Shown here piece after piece: positions 12,982 to 26,828 of a stretch of DNA of 64,000 nt. How positions within the stretch are numbered: position 1 is the first letter of the stretch; every line of letters starts with the position of its first letter. The stretch spans positions 205,654,001 through 205,718,000 of the forward strand of contig OZ024740.1 of the NCBI GenBank assembly GCA_964016885.1, given 5' to 3'. Made by a program: the position numbers and the translations under genes. The DNA is from Eledone cirrhosa. Lineage: Eukaryota. The notes beneath the pieces were generated by a model. It was given only the letters and a program-made list of their open reading frames with translations. It made no database searches and was not told the DNA's origin.

Positions 12982-13578
12982 TCTAAACTATAAAGTAAGA
13001 AGCGCGGGACTGCGTACGGTTTATAATTTTTTATCCCATTAGTAAAATAAGTTGGATTACTTTGAATAAATAATTGTTTCTACTTTTGGCACAAGGCCAG
13101 CAATTACCCATACATTACTGGTACTTTATTTTATCGACCCCGTAACGATGAAAGGCAAAGTTGACCTCGGCGGGATTTGAACTCAGAACTTTGAATAAAT
13201 AATGAATGAATATTACACATTACATAATTTATCTACTAAATTTCATTTTATTATTTATTTAAAGATTCACTTCTTTAAAATTTTCAAATGTCAACACTTC
13301 CGGTGGCGATCGCTTAAATAAACACAATAATTTACTGTCACTAATTTTCTCCTAATGCAGTTTATATATAATATCGTCTTTTTTTTTAATGTATCATGGA
13401 TTACGTTACTGATTACATAAGACAGTGTAACATAGACTTCGTTCAATTTCTGTGTATATTGTTAATTACGATTTTATTTGATGTATCATATCTACATGCA
13501 TATATACTTGCGTATAATATCAATATACACACTACACATGCTAGCAGAAAACCACCCGAAAGGTGGTTTTTCTGCTAG
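12982..13578 (+). mobile_element. non-autonomous Helitron (copy A) carrying a SINE fragment
   Basis: A|TC 5' end, 3' hairpin CTAGCAGAAAACCACC-cgaa-aGGTGGTTTTTCTGCTAG|T, no TSD; second copy at 26829-27409. Confidence 0.85.
13075..13187 (-). mobile_element. 5'-truncated SINE inserted in the Helitron with 16-bp TSD
   Basis: ACTTTGAATAAATAAT at 13059-13074 and 13188-13203; body is the reverse complement of the SINE core at 59624-59745. Confidence 0.85.
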
Positions 13579-13619
13579 TGAATTTAATTTTTCGCTGTAC
13601 TAAACAATACGCAGAGGGG

Positions 13620-13880
13620 TTAAAGAGTTCACTTCGTAATCATAAGGTTTCAGGTTCGATCCCAGTAGATGTCACCTTGGACAAATTTTATTTACCATAG
13701 CCTGGGATCGACCTAAGGCTTGAGAATTAAATTGGGTAGACGGAAACTTGTTGGAAGTCCGTTGGATCGACTTTACCTGTAATCCAAAGACACAGCATTG
13801 TCACAGTCTCTCAAGTCGAACCGGCCTAATTTGATTTATGAATTAATTTAGGGGTACACGTGTCTGTGAAAAGTTACGTT
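13620..13880 (+). mobile_element. tRNA-derived SINE (second family)
   Basis: GGTTCGATCCC B-box ~13653-13663 followed by ACCTTGGACAAA. Confidence 0.55.
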
Positions 13881-13894
13881 ATTATCAAGAGCTA

Positions 13895-14112
13895 GAAGGC
13901 AGCCAATTGGCAGAGTTGTTAGAACGTTGGAGAGCTTTGAAGTATTCGTTTCGGCTCTCTACTCTCAGAGTTCAAATCCCGCCTAGGTTATATTTGCTTT
14001 CCATCCTTACGGGGTCGATAAAATAAAGTACCAGTCACGCATTGGGTCGATTTAATCGACTTCCCTCTCCCCCAAAATTGCTGGCTTTGTGCCTATATAA
14101 GAAACCATTATT
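13895..14112 (+). mobile_element. tRNA-derived SINE
   Basis: TGGCAGAGTTG A-box-like, GAGTTCAAATCCCGCC B-box, CATCCTTACGGGGTCGATAAAATAAAGTACCAG core shared with 59849-60062. Confidence 0.85.
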
Positions 14113-14454
14113 ATCACGAGCTAGGTGTTCTTGTATGTGAACAACTGGAACACTCCTGGTCAAACACACACACACACACACACACACACGCTTATGTTGA
14201 CCCTCACATTCGTCGGATTCCTACATTGGAATTTCCCCCTGGAACCGGACTCTACTTGAACTTCCATATGGATATCTTTCGGATCACTCGATTTTCAGAT
14301 TGTTTTTAACTTTATACCAATATACCACGACTCACTACCACTTTTCCTCCACTATTACAACTACTCCCTTCTCATCATCTCCAATATTTTTTTCTCGATT
14401 TTGTCACTGCTCACTCTCCTCTATCTTTCTGTTTCTTCTTTAATTTCTCATTCT

Positions 14455-14492
14455 ATTTTCTGATGAAGGACTAGCGTTCGAAACGATAAGGC
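14455..14492 (+). ncRNA. degenerate minimal hammerhead motif
   Basis: CTGATGA-a-GGAC(tagc)GTTC-GAAA-CGA-TA; stem I weak. Confidence 0.5.
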
Positions 14493-14614
14493 TCTTTACC
14501 TACTATATCAAGCGTAAAATTAATGATATATTTTTTCATTATACTGTGTCGTTTGCTTTGAATTTCTGTTTGCCTTTTGCACATACACATATATATTTAT
14601 ATATATATATATAC

Positions 14615-14645
<31 letters not shown>

Positions 14646-14647
<2 letters not shown>

Positions 14648-14845
14648 ACGAAGGAAATGTGGTAAGGAACCAAGTGAACCATAACGCACCAAAGTACTCA
14701 ATACTTAGGGTAGTAGAGTGGGTAATAGGAACAAGTAAGACCCCGACGGCTGAGCTCAAGCTCAAGCCGTTTCGACGGCTAATTCAGTCCAGAATTAGCC
14801 GTCGAAATGGGTTGAGCTCAGCCGTCGGGGTCTTACTTGTTCCTA
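14646..14845 (+). mobile_element. ~200-bp (TA)n-embedded hairpin element, copy 2
   Basis: reverse-complement homologue of 7177-7381; hairpin ~14719-14845. Confidence 0.8.
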
Positions 14846-14896
14846 TATATATATATATATAAATACATTGAGTGCAAGCGAAAGGAAATATATATA

Positions 14897-14935
14897 CAGG
14901 GTGTCTCAAAAAGATGTATGTACACATTGATTACC
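14897..14935 (+). mobile_element. isolated Tc1/mariner-type terminal inverted repeat fragment
   Basis: TA|CAGGGTGTCTCAAAAAG at end of a TA run; partner end not found. Confidence 0.35.
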
Positions 14936-14963
14936 TGCACAGGCAATATTTATTAGAATGTTG

Positions 14964-15045
<82 letters not shown>

Positions 15046-15119
15046 GTATATATATAAATGTATATATATATATACACACACACGTATGTACATACAGAAA
15101 GTCTATAAAGAGTGGGAAA

Positions 15120-15344
15120 AAACTTCAAAGTGCGCTTTTGCATAAGTTAACGACTCATGCATTGTAATTATAAAATAGTTGTAAATAAAACTGGAATAAA
15201 ACCAATTGAGGCGGGAATAAGGGGATAATCATCTTTTTCCGCCTCAAGTGGTTATATCTCAGCTTTTTTGACAACTATTTTATGGTTATAATTCATGGAT
15301 CGTGGTTCTTGACTTTATAGCAAAATCACAATTTGAAATGTTTA
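15120..15344. repeat. imperfect fold-back with ~110-bp arms ending at (TA)n
   Basis: AAACTTCAAAGTG..ATAAAATAGTTGT..AACCAATTGAGGCGG pairs with CCGCCTCAAGTGGTT..ACAACTATTTTAT..CACAATTTGAAATGTTT. Confidence 0.75.
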
Positions 15345-15495
15345 TATATATATATATATATATTCTTGGGTTTGTGTCTTAATGATACAGACTTAATTAT
15401 ATTGTAGAGTGAGCGAGAAAACGACTGAAGCTGTGTTGGTCCTATTCGATAGGTTCGTTTCATTATATCTATCTATCTATTGTTTCATAATCCCC

Positions 15496-15607
<112 letters not shown>

Positions 15608-16410
15608 GTATATATATATATAGTTAGATACACAGTGAGAGATAGAGAGAGATAGCGATATATATATATAGTGCTTTTCAACCCATTTATTGAATTAAAA
15701 ACCGGATATAAATGTTGCGAAATTAGATTTCCTATTTTTCTGAACGCAACTGTTGATGGTGGCTTTCCAATTGTACAAGATGAAGTAGCGGATTGTGTTT
15801 ATTTCATGACTACATGAACTATATAAACTGTTCGCTCCAGTACCGGATTAAATTGACTAGGGGCCTCACAGCCCTTGCTTGCAATAAACGTAATGAAAAT
15901 TATAAGTACACAAATATAAGCCTACACATAGAACGATGTTGAGACTTGAATATTGATCCATGCAACCTCTGAAACAGAGATGACATCCAAAGAAAAGAAA
16001 CCATTACATCATTCTAAATTTTAATCTATTTGATTGCTTCAGGAAAGCCGTTACAATGCGAATTAGAAATGCAAGAGTGAAAAATAAAGTAGAATAAAAT
16101 AAGGAAGACAAGGCTAGACAACATTTAACATTTTTTACATTATATTTCATATTTCAGAGTTTGGACCACTTTTTCAAAAGAAAGGAAATGGAGTGGTGTT
16201 AGTACCGAACGGCGTTCTATTAAAGTGTTGACAAAAACGTCAAGTTTCATAGCTATACTTTAATATATATTTAAAACTGAACGGGATTTCCTAGACTATA
16301 AGGCCCTTGGCTGTAACTACATAGTCCAAATGGAAAACTTATATTGGCAATTCGTTTGTCTTCGTGAAGTTTGTATGTTGTAAGACATTTTGTTCAGATC
16401 TTATTAATAC

Positions 16411-16487
<77 letters not shown>

Positions 16488-16492
16488 GAGAG

Positions 16493-16528
<36 letters not shown>

Positions 16529-17237
16529 GACGATAGAAATATAATGGTTACGTCAGAAATTGGCTTAAAGTGTCTTCTCTTAATTCCAAGTAACAATGGC
16601 CAATGAAACCAACTTTTTAGTACAGGGCTTCACAAATGTTTTACTTGAGAGACCCATTGTAATAAAATGCAATTTCTATTCATCCCAAAACATTTTAACT
16701 GAATATAAAATTACAAAACATAATTTACCAATGTTTAATACAACTTACATGAGAAAAGAATCAGTAAACTATAAATGTACCTTTAATGCTTTAAAGTCAA
16801 ATCGTTTGTTCATTTAAATTACTTGTTCATATAGAATGGTCCATTAGTAAATGACATATCACTAATGACCATCACAACCAATCAGGTATTCTGTTAGGTG
16901 TAAAATATCTGACAGCTGTTCTACATGATCCAGTCACTGTTGTCCTGCTATAAAGAGAGTGATAATGGAAAACTAGTAAATTCATCCCATGCGGGCTCCT
17001 AAACTTTTATTTTCCACTGCCAAAATTTGTATTCATTCATAGGGGTCTTTGAGACGCCCTGATTTACTGTGTGTTTTGTGCAATAAATAATATTTCGTAA
17101 CGCGTGATCAAAATATGGCTCACGCGTGAAACAGCAAATTTTCACAAGAAAAACATTTTAGCCACACTGGCGGTACTTAACGCAATTAGAAAAATAGAAT
17201 ATTAAACGTTGTGATATACAATTTCATGAGTTGTTTG

Positions 17238-17314
<77 letters not shown>

Positions 17315-17642
17315 GTTCAGGGGGAAAAGCACAAACAAGGGTAGAACCCAGACTCACTCATCTGAATCCGGAGACCTTGCGAGTTAGCGAAACCAAAGAG
17401 AGAGCTCCACATTGGGGTTTTACTATAATATATATAGTCAAAATCTTTTCCTGAGTTCAGTTTTTTTCGTTGCTATGGCAATGCGGCTGGACTGTCGGTC
17501 GCTATATTTGATTTGCAAAGCTGTCTAAACGTATTGTTATAACTCTGGGGTATTATTCTCCATCGAGTGCTAAACTGCATTCCGAATTTGCATTCGTTAG
17601 CTTAGCCGCAGCCAAAAGCTTCGTTAATGCTCTACTAAAGTT

Positions 17643-17726
<84 letters not shown>

Positions 17727-18049
17727 TATATATATTTATTTATAGTTTTGTTTTTTGACCAATCTAATTACGCTATATTTTAAATAATTTATTAAACGTT
17801 TAAACCAAACTGTAATTATTCTCCCACTCATGTAACCTCCTATGTGTTGAGTTTTTTCTAGTCATATGCTTGGTGGTCACCGATCTGTCCAGCTCGTGTG
17901 TCTACCAGCATATCATGAAAATTGATACATCTCATATGTATTTTGTCTGAAGAGGACATGTTTTGCTTTAAATTATACATAAAACTTAACATCTTCGAAA
18001 TATATATAATAAAATAAATAGAGATGATATAAAGTATATATCTTTCGTT

Positions 18050-18054
18050 TATTA

Positions 18055-18122
<68 letters not shown>
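18050..18122. repeat. (ATT)n microsatellite
   Basis: direct reading. Confidence 0.95.
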
Positions 18123-19463
18123 ATATATAATTCATAACAATTATGAAACAATAACTGTGAAATTTCGGGTCGTTTTGTTTTTTTTGTCATTATTTTGTTC
18201 TCTTAATTCACGAAAGCTTTTTAATCCATGAAATAATATTACAAAAATAACGATGTTTCTTACCTTTAGATAAACAAAAATCCTTTACTCTCGGAGTTGT
18301 TGCAAATATACGAAAATTCAAATAAAAATCAGTTGTCTCTGCTTCCGAAAATCAATTGTGGTTGTTTCGATCCTGATGTGAAAATGGCAGAAATTAGAGT
18401 CAAATGGTCTTTATAGGAGGTGAAACTCCCTGAGTGTAATCAAAATATTTTGAATGGCTCTAGTCAAGCGTATCGGAAAATGTTCCTCAAGGAACTCTAT
18501 GAAAATATATTTTCGTACAGCTAGTTTAGGTAAAGTTCTTCTTTGGTCTTGACATCAACCTAGCGTGTTCTCATCTACTTTATCGTTATGAGAGATTAAT
18601 GCGGCCAGATGTGAACTTTCCAATACGCTTAAGAGAGATTAACGGCTCTTGGCATGTTGCTATGGTGAATAAATCTGTACAGCACACATTCTAAATCTGT
18701 CTGAAAGGTTACAAAATAATTAGACACACACACATACACACACTCACATACATACACACACACATAAACTAACACACACGTATGCCCGTAGTATGTATGT
18801 AAGTGTGTGTGTGTGTGTGTGTGTCTGTGTATAAAGACAATAACAGAATATGAGGGGGGTTGAAGGGGGAGAATATCTCCTGAGTGACTGGGGGTTACGG
18901 AATGATGCTGGTTATAACAACAACAACAACAACAACAATTAAAAAAACCCATATTTCTCATCAATCTACCCTGAGGGGATATCTTATTCCTCGACATTTA
19001 TCCACAGAAGTTTCAACTCCCTTCCTCTCACCATAATACATTCACATATAAATACTTATACACACACATACACACTCACACATATACACACACATATTCA
19101 CACACATATTCACACTCATGTACACTGGCACATACACATCGTATTAACCCCGTTCGGTTAGATCGCCTTAGAAATTCTTAACGTTTATATAATATATAGA
19201 AAATTTTTATTGCTAAGGTAAAAATAGCAAGCTGGCGCAATCTGCCCGGTATTACCCTTTAACGCTTTAACGATCACGTGAGAAACCAGACAAAAGCAAG
19301 TATTATGTTTGTTAGAGGACAAACAAGTGTTAAAGCAATTAGAGGACAAATAGACATGTGATGAACTAAGTAATTACATAAAGCGTTCGTTTTGTAAAGT
19401 TGATCAACTTGCAAGTTTACTGTTTCAAATCTGTACTTGATCAATTTTCTGTTTACCTATAAG

Positions 19464-19890
<427 letters not shown>

Positions 19891-19893
<3 letters not shown>

Positions 19894-22078
19894 TAGCGAT
19901 CAAAATAAGAGAACGATAAATTAATTTTTCATTATTTTTCTTATTTGACAAACTTTTTCCTTTAAAATTTGAAAGAACATTCGTAGTATATATGCTTTGT
20001 ATATATATATATATCTGTATTATATATATATCTGTGTTGTATATATATCTGTCTTGTGTGAAAATATTTTCTAAATAATTAAGGGTATAAACAAGACATT
20101 AATGATATACCTTTAATTTTTTAAAAAATACAATGATCAAAATAAGAGAACTCTCTAGTGATATTTTAGGGTAATTATCTGGATTTTCTAGAAATATCTG
20201 GCAACTCTTGTCAACAGGGTTACTTTATGAGTATGTTCCATTTTCCTATCAACTCTCGCAAGATGTCGACCCATTCCAAGGTAACTGAAGCCTTCCGACG
20301 TAAAGTCGTTCAGATGAAGAGCGATGAACTCTCTCTCTCGACCATTGGAAGGGAAGTTGGCCATTCTAAAATTGTAATAGTAAGGATAGTGAAATTCCAT
20401 AATAAAACCAACTAATTCACGTCTACAAAGAAGGCCGGCCGTCCACGTAAAACAAGTCAACGAGTGGACCGCATGATCCATAGAATGTTTATGGGGAACC
20501 ACTTCGACACTGTAGCTGGAATATCTCAACAAATCAGCGCTAATTTGGGCAAGGAAGTGTCTCGGTGTACAGTCTCTCTATATTTGGCAGAAGTTGGATT
20601 GAAAGCCCATCCCTCAGAAATCAAACCTCTTATCAGCAACAAAATTTAATTGCTAGACTTTTAACGAAGTAGATTTTAGTTGTTAGAATGATTATATGAC
20701 ATGAATGTTAGATGAAATAACAAGAATGGCCGATTTACTTTATATATAAAAAGGTTTACTTCACTTCAGTCAAAAAGAACAATAAACAAGTTACCATGAG
20801 TTGCGAAGGTTGACAATATTATTTTGTTGTTGGTTCATGAGGCTGGTGTAGTCTACGACCAAGAGAGAAAGAGAGTAATGGTCTGTAGACCACTGTGGCC
20901 TGTAGATAGCGGTGAATTTTTCACATAGCTTGTAATAGCATACTGCTCCGATCGCTCTGTATGTAAGGTGGGAAAATATAGGCTTTATATACCTGTCGCT
21001 TTCTGTCTCCCACCTAGAAGGGATAGCCCACGCATGAACGTGTTCACACCAAAAGGGTGTTAACCTAGAGTTTGACCTTTAGGTGTCACCCAAGGTTCAA
21101 GGCGTGGACAGATCTCGCTACATTAGACCCCTACCCAGATCGATGCAGGAGCAACGATCGATTACAAAAGGGGTAGCGAAATCTGATTCCAGAAGCGTGT
21201 CCCCAAAACACACAAAATGTGGGTGCTGCGCTCGCATTTCGAGTGTAGAGAAATTTGGAGAGAAAAAAAAAAATCGTATAACTGTGTATGCATGTGTGTG
21301 TGTGTAACATTTAGAAGAAACTGTAAATATACAAAGTTGTGATCATGTATTTCGAACTGTTGTGTATGGATGGATGGTTGAACGTTGGGGTTACGGTATC
21401 GGATTACGATATGATAACACAGAGGACTATTTCTCTCGATGTATCTCATACATAAGATTCTCTTCCAGTGAATCGAGGTTTACGCTATGACATGAGTGTA
21501 TGCAATTTTGAGTTGCGTGCCTGAGTGAGTCCAGGCGTGCTTGAGCGAGTCCAAGCGAGTAGTAACCGTGGGTTGATTCTCATGTGTTTAATAGCTGTTG
21601 CCGTACCTCGACCAGTTGAAAAGTGATCTCGCTGAGACCCAACCGAATCCAGAACATACCATAGACAAAAACATGTTGTGTGTGACAAAGAAAATGATGT
21701 GTGTTTGTTACAAAACGTGTATATTCATACAGGCATATAATACAGTAAAACGAATAAAAAAATAAAAATGAACGTTCATATATAACCTGTAAAAAAAAAA
21801 AAATATATATTTATATAATTGTTCTTTACAAAAAGTTCAGTTTTCTCTTCTTTATGTGATCGTTTTCTTGCTAGGAAGCTAGTAGTATTGTATGTTGTTG
21901 TTGTTGGAGATTACGAAGCACGTGGTGAAGTGTTTGGTAATAAATCGAAAAATGAAGGAATGTTCTCAGCTGCTGGAGTGGGACCTCTCATACGCTTCAA
22001 TGGTACTGTTAATGCTAATGTGTACCAGAACCTCCTTCAGCAACATGCCATTCCCTCTTTACGGGCTTCTCCCAATAA
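19891..22078 (+). mobile_element. Tc1-family DNA transposon relic, IR/DR-type left end, interrupted and 3'-truncated
   Basis: TA|CAGTAG start; GATCAAAATAAGAGAAC at 19898-19914 and 20135-20151; transposase pieces 20263-20649 and ~21957-22078 (GMFSAAGVGPLIRFNGTVNANVYQNLL). Confidence 0.85.
20263..20649 (+). pseudogene. Tc1 transposase N-terminal HTH region with in-frame stop
   Basis: MSTHSKVTEAFRRKVVQM..STIGREVGHSK..*..AGRPRKTSQRVDRMI..VSRCTV..L.EVGL....KPLIS. Confidence 0.85.
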
Positions 22079-22301
22079 ACTAGCTGGTGCCAAGCTGTAT
22101 TGGCTATTGCCATTCTCTTGGACAACATCGGGGCGTGAAGAGGGGAGACTGGTATACATGGTCGACTGTTGGTCTTCCACAAAAAAAACCCCACCTTGTC
22201 TAGACTTGTATCTTGGAGGGGAAACTAAGTGCAAATCCCATGATCATTCATGATCGAAGGGGGTCTTTACTCTTTAGCGTACACACACACACAAACAGAG
22301 A

Positions 22302-22413
<112 letters not shown>

Positions 22414-22444
22414 TATATATCACATCTTAAATGAAAAAAAAATA

Positions 22445-22590
22445 AGCCGGCTAATTGGCAAAGTAGTTAGGCTACCTTGCGATATCAGTTCAGGTTCTCT
22501 GTAATATTGAGTTCAAAAGCCGCCGAGGTAAACTTTGCATTCCATCTTTTCGAGGTCGATAAATGAAGTACCAGTTCAATTTTGGAACGA
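22445..22590 (+). mobile_element. tRNA-derived SINE (degenerate)
   Basis: GAGTTCAAAAGCCGCCGAGG..GGTCGATAAATGAAGTACCAG core. Confidence 0.75.
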
Positions 22591-22613
22591 TTCTTCCTCT
22601 ATATCAATTTCTC

Positions 22614-22703
<90 letters not shown>

Positions 22704-22707
<4 letters not shown>

Positions 22708-23490
22708 CTAACCACATTCTAACCACATGTCCGTAGTACCAGATCTGTGATCTCTCAATTCGGAGAAGTAGAGGCTCTACATGGAGTGACTCTCTGATCT
22801 ATGAGCTACGCACTCTATCGAGTAACGTGACTCCAAAGACCCTTCGGAGGAACCCCATTTCGGCTGCTTGTATCCGCAATTGTATTCTTTCAGACATTAC
22901 CCAAGATTCATTACCATAGGTAAGGGTAGGAACGAATATCGAATTGAAGATAGCAAGTTTGGCTTTTACACCTACCTTCCTTCTTCTGATTACCGAATGC
23001 TGAAGCTGGCGCATTACTGCCCTAGCTCCTGCAATTCTTGCATTTAATTCAACCTCCTGCCTTCCACCACTCGTGAAAACGGCTCCAAGATACTTGAGCT
23101 TCTCCACCTGCTTCAGTGGAACTCCACTTACATGTAGAGTGCACTGTGCAGGCTTCCTTGAGAGGAAGAGTGTCTCAGTTTTCGTAGCACTGATTTTCAT
23201 TCCAGCCATGCAGCACTCGGCATCAAACCTAGCAAGTTCAAGTCGGAGATCACCTTTTGTCGAGTTAAGTAACACCATGTCGTCTGCAAATTCCAGCCGA
23301 CTGATTTACACCTGCCAGTCGTGATACCCCTTTCAACCCGGCTACGCATGTCAATTCTGTTCATCTAAATAATGAAAAGGAGAGGGGACAGTACGCACCT
23401 GTGACGGATTCCTACTCCCACATTAAATGGTTTTGATTTAGCACCATTTATCTGAACACAAATACTCGGGCATTCGTATAGAGACATCAG
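22704..23490 (-). mobile_element. RTE-clade LINE RT fragment, Rex3/Expander-like
   Basis: FADDMVLL..RFDAECCMAGMKISATKTE..VEKLKYLG..FTSGGR..PTLTYGNESWVMSER..IQAAEMGFLRRV..LLDRVRSS. Confidence 0.88.
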
Positions 23491-23499
23491 GCTGCATAT

Positions 23500-26060
23500 A
23501 TAAAATCTGACCCCACCAAAAAAGTCAATTTTATGCAAAGGCTAAAACGTTCGTGAAACTTCAAACACTCAGAATTAGACTTTCCCCACAAAACATTTAT
23601 ATGAATAAACAAAACGATCTATTGGATGTAAATTGATACATTTAACAGAACTGTCTGATTCAAAACAGGATGACACTCAAAGCCAGCTATTGTAGATAAT
23701 CATTCCATTTCCACCGAAGCCACGCAAACGAGAAATAAACAGAATGTCTGAAACAGCATGGAAAAGTTACTTCAAATCTAAAATTTTGTTCCTGCGAAGA
23801 AGTATCTCACAGATCGTTGTAGTTATTAATTTAACATCAAGAAGACCTAAAAAACTAGAGAGGCGATTTGGAGATACAGGATCTAAAACCCTAAACCCCG
23901 AACTATACTAGCTGAAACAATTCACATAACCGAAAAACTAAAATATAAATCTACAGCGTATAAACAGCAAATGCCGAATAAATTATTTACCAGAAATCCC
24001 AAGTCAGTCTATCCTAGCTTCAATGTGAAAGGCTCAATCTCTGTAAAAGACTCCCACAAAAGATTGAAAAGCTACTGGAGATCTGTATGGGAAACAAATG
24101 ATAAATTCAACAAACAAGCTGTATGGCTAAAGGAACTGGAACAGGACTACTGCCAGCATGTACAGCAAAGCAATAGGACATAAAGGGTGTAATACTGGAA
24201 ATAGCTCTAGAGAAAATGTCAAACAGGAAATTCCCAGGCCCAGACCTCATAACAGGTTACTGGCTGAAGAATTTACCTTTTATCGGCGAGATCTCATACA
24301 GCTGTATGATGAAATTATCAAGGGCACACAAGAAGTGCACCAATGGTTATCAACTGCCAATTCTCTCCTCATAAACCCCCTAAATAGCCAAACCACCCTT
24401 GCTAAAAATCACCACTCAATAGCTTGCCAGAACATCATGTACAAATTATACACTGGGTGCCTCAATCTGTTCTTACAGGATCATTGTACCACCAACGACA
24501 TTATAATACCTGAGTAAGCTGGGGGAAGGAAGGAGATGGAGGACGGGGTATTTAAAGTAGCTACTAATTAAGAAAAATTATCCAGGAAAAAATGGTAAAG
24601 AAGCGCAGAAACTTGACTGTAGAGGGCTGGACTACCAGATATGTACCACATGGGTGGATTATCGAGGCTTTGCGGTTAGCAAAAGTCCCACCACCACTTG
24701 TAACTGCTATCGAATACATGACCAAGTCTTGGTACACCACTTTTCCCCTTTGGGGTGATAAGCAGTAAATTGAATCTGATAACATTCACTACCAAAAAGG
24801 CATTTCGGGGTGATAGCTTGTCAGTGCTGCCCTTTGTTCTCTCACTAAGCCCACTATCATACCTACTCACCAAAATTTAGTGACCATAGAAATGGACCCA
24901 CCTTTTCCTTGTCGATGATTTGAAATATTTTATGAGCCAAATATCAACCACATAAGAATTAAAAAGAACAAAAAACAATTGGGCCAGATTACCTAATTTT
25001 CTACAGACATTGGAATGAAATATGGTGAACTCAAATGTACACTTTTAACAATGAAATGTGAAAAGTTGTGTAATTCATCTGAAAACCTAAAAATGAACAG
25101 TTTGACGCTACAACTTCTACAGTCAGGTGACAATTATAGGTATCTTGGACTGAATGAGAATGTCAGACATGATAGACCCATAAATATGGAAAGGATCAGG
25201 AATGAATATCCCAGGAGAGTAAAGGGAATATGGTCTCAGCATTCTACAAGCAGATTGACCATAATACTTTTGCTGTGCCCATCCTAACGCCAACGTTTGA
25301 TCTGCTGAGCAACGTTTGACCTGCATTGCAAGAACTGAGCAAGATGGATGGAAGGACTCGCAAGATGCTCAGTGGTACTGAAAACTTTAGCATCAAAGGT
25401 GATATAGATAGGCTATATTTATCACACAAGGAGGGTGGCCAGGGCCTAACATTTATACTAACATCACGCGAGACCCGGATAACAACACTAATGCTACATC
25501 TTCATCAGAAGAAAAGATCAGCAGGCTCAGGTTTATGAGCATGAAAATAATAATATTTTGGGGCTAGCCACTGATCTGGAGGGACCTAAAACTAAAAACT
25601 GCCGCTAAATTAAAGCCCAACCGAGCTGATATTGTTATTTGGGACCACACTTTAAAAAAACAAGCTCTGTTGCGGAAGTCAGCTGCTCACGTGATGGCAA
25701 TGTGGTAAGGAAAATGTAAGGGAAGGAGGATATCTATGGACCGTTGTTGAGGAGTTTGCAGATCCAGTATCCAAGATACATATTCAGTTTCATACTTGTT
25801 ATCATAGGAACTACAGGTTATATACCAACCCGTCTAGACTAAAGTATAACTGAGCTTGGATTTGTGGAGAAAGAACGTAGTTCCTTAACTTAAAAGCTAC
25901 AAATGGCTGCAATATCTGGAACCTTCAAAATCTGTAAAACATTCTTATAATTCAAAGAATGAACCTTACACAAGGGACGACGTCAATTTCCCTTTCTTAT
26001 AACCTTGCCACCGGAAAGGTGGCCGGTCAAAAATAAACTCAAAATTAAGAGAAAGAAAGA
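23500..26060 (+). mobile_element. R4/Dong-like non-LTR retrotransposon, degenerate RT + restriction-like endonuclease
   Basis: SIACQNIMYKLYTGCL, FRGDSLS.L.FVLSLSPLSY, VDDLK, DIGMKYG..KC, YRYLG, DIDRLYL..KEGGQGL, NRADIVIWD; 3' end homologous to 4100-4540; 5' boundary uncertain. Confidence 0.85.
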
Positions 26061-26081
26061 ACATACATACATACATATACA

Positions 26082-26117
<36 letters not shown>

Positions 26118-26149
26118 CATACATATATACATACATACATATATGCATG

Positions 26150-26181
<32 letters not shown>

Positions 26182-26252
26182 CATACATACATACATATAT
26201 ACATGCATACATACATACATACACACATGCATACATACATACATACACACAT
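26061..26252. repeat. (TACA)n-type microsatellite
   Basis: direct reading. Confidence 0.9.
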
Positions 26253-26769
26253 ACCTTTATATAACACATTGAGCTCCTATATGTTATGTAAAAGATTATC
26301 CAAAATATCATATGCCGTTTGAACCCTACACACACACACACACACACATCTATCTCTCTCTATATATATACGAACTTTGATCATTAGCTAATCGCTAATC
26401 TTTGTATTTCCTCCGCCTCCTAGTGACTTTCATTTTTTGCGTATTAAATATAAATATATATATATGTATATAATACTGCTGTCTGCCTTTCGGGCTTTAT
26501 TTTCGATGTATTTTCGGGCCAAAATTTCATTGAATTCGACGTTTATTCCCTGATTTATTCGCTGCATCAAACGGATTTAGTAAGATACATTTTCACATCT
26601 TTATATCTATGTAAGTGAGAAATGTTAAATATGATAATAATAGTCTTAAGTGGTTACAGCCATATTTCATTGTGACGAAGGGAGGGAGATAGAGTCGGAG
26701 AGACGGAGAGGAAGAGAGAGGGAGAGAGAGAGAGGGGGGGATTAGAGGGAGAGGAGTAGAGTAACTATA

Positions 26770-26823
26770 CACTGCAAAGCATGGCGTCTGACGCTCTACC
26801 GATACTGCCAATCCACCGCCCTT
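26770..26823 (-). mobile_element. SINE 5' head fragment
   Basis: reverse complement matches 59849-59900. Confidence 0.75.
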
Positions 26824-26828
26824 GATAA

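Noticed and set aside
15838-16330. Possible hAT-like element starting CAGTACCGGATT
   Set aside because: No matching second TIR or TSD identified.
16875-16970. CCAAT...TATAAA promoter-like arrangement
   Set aside because: Short motifs are expected by chance in AT-rich DNA and no downstream ORF follows.
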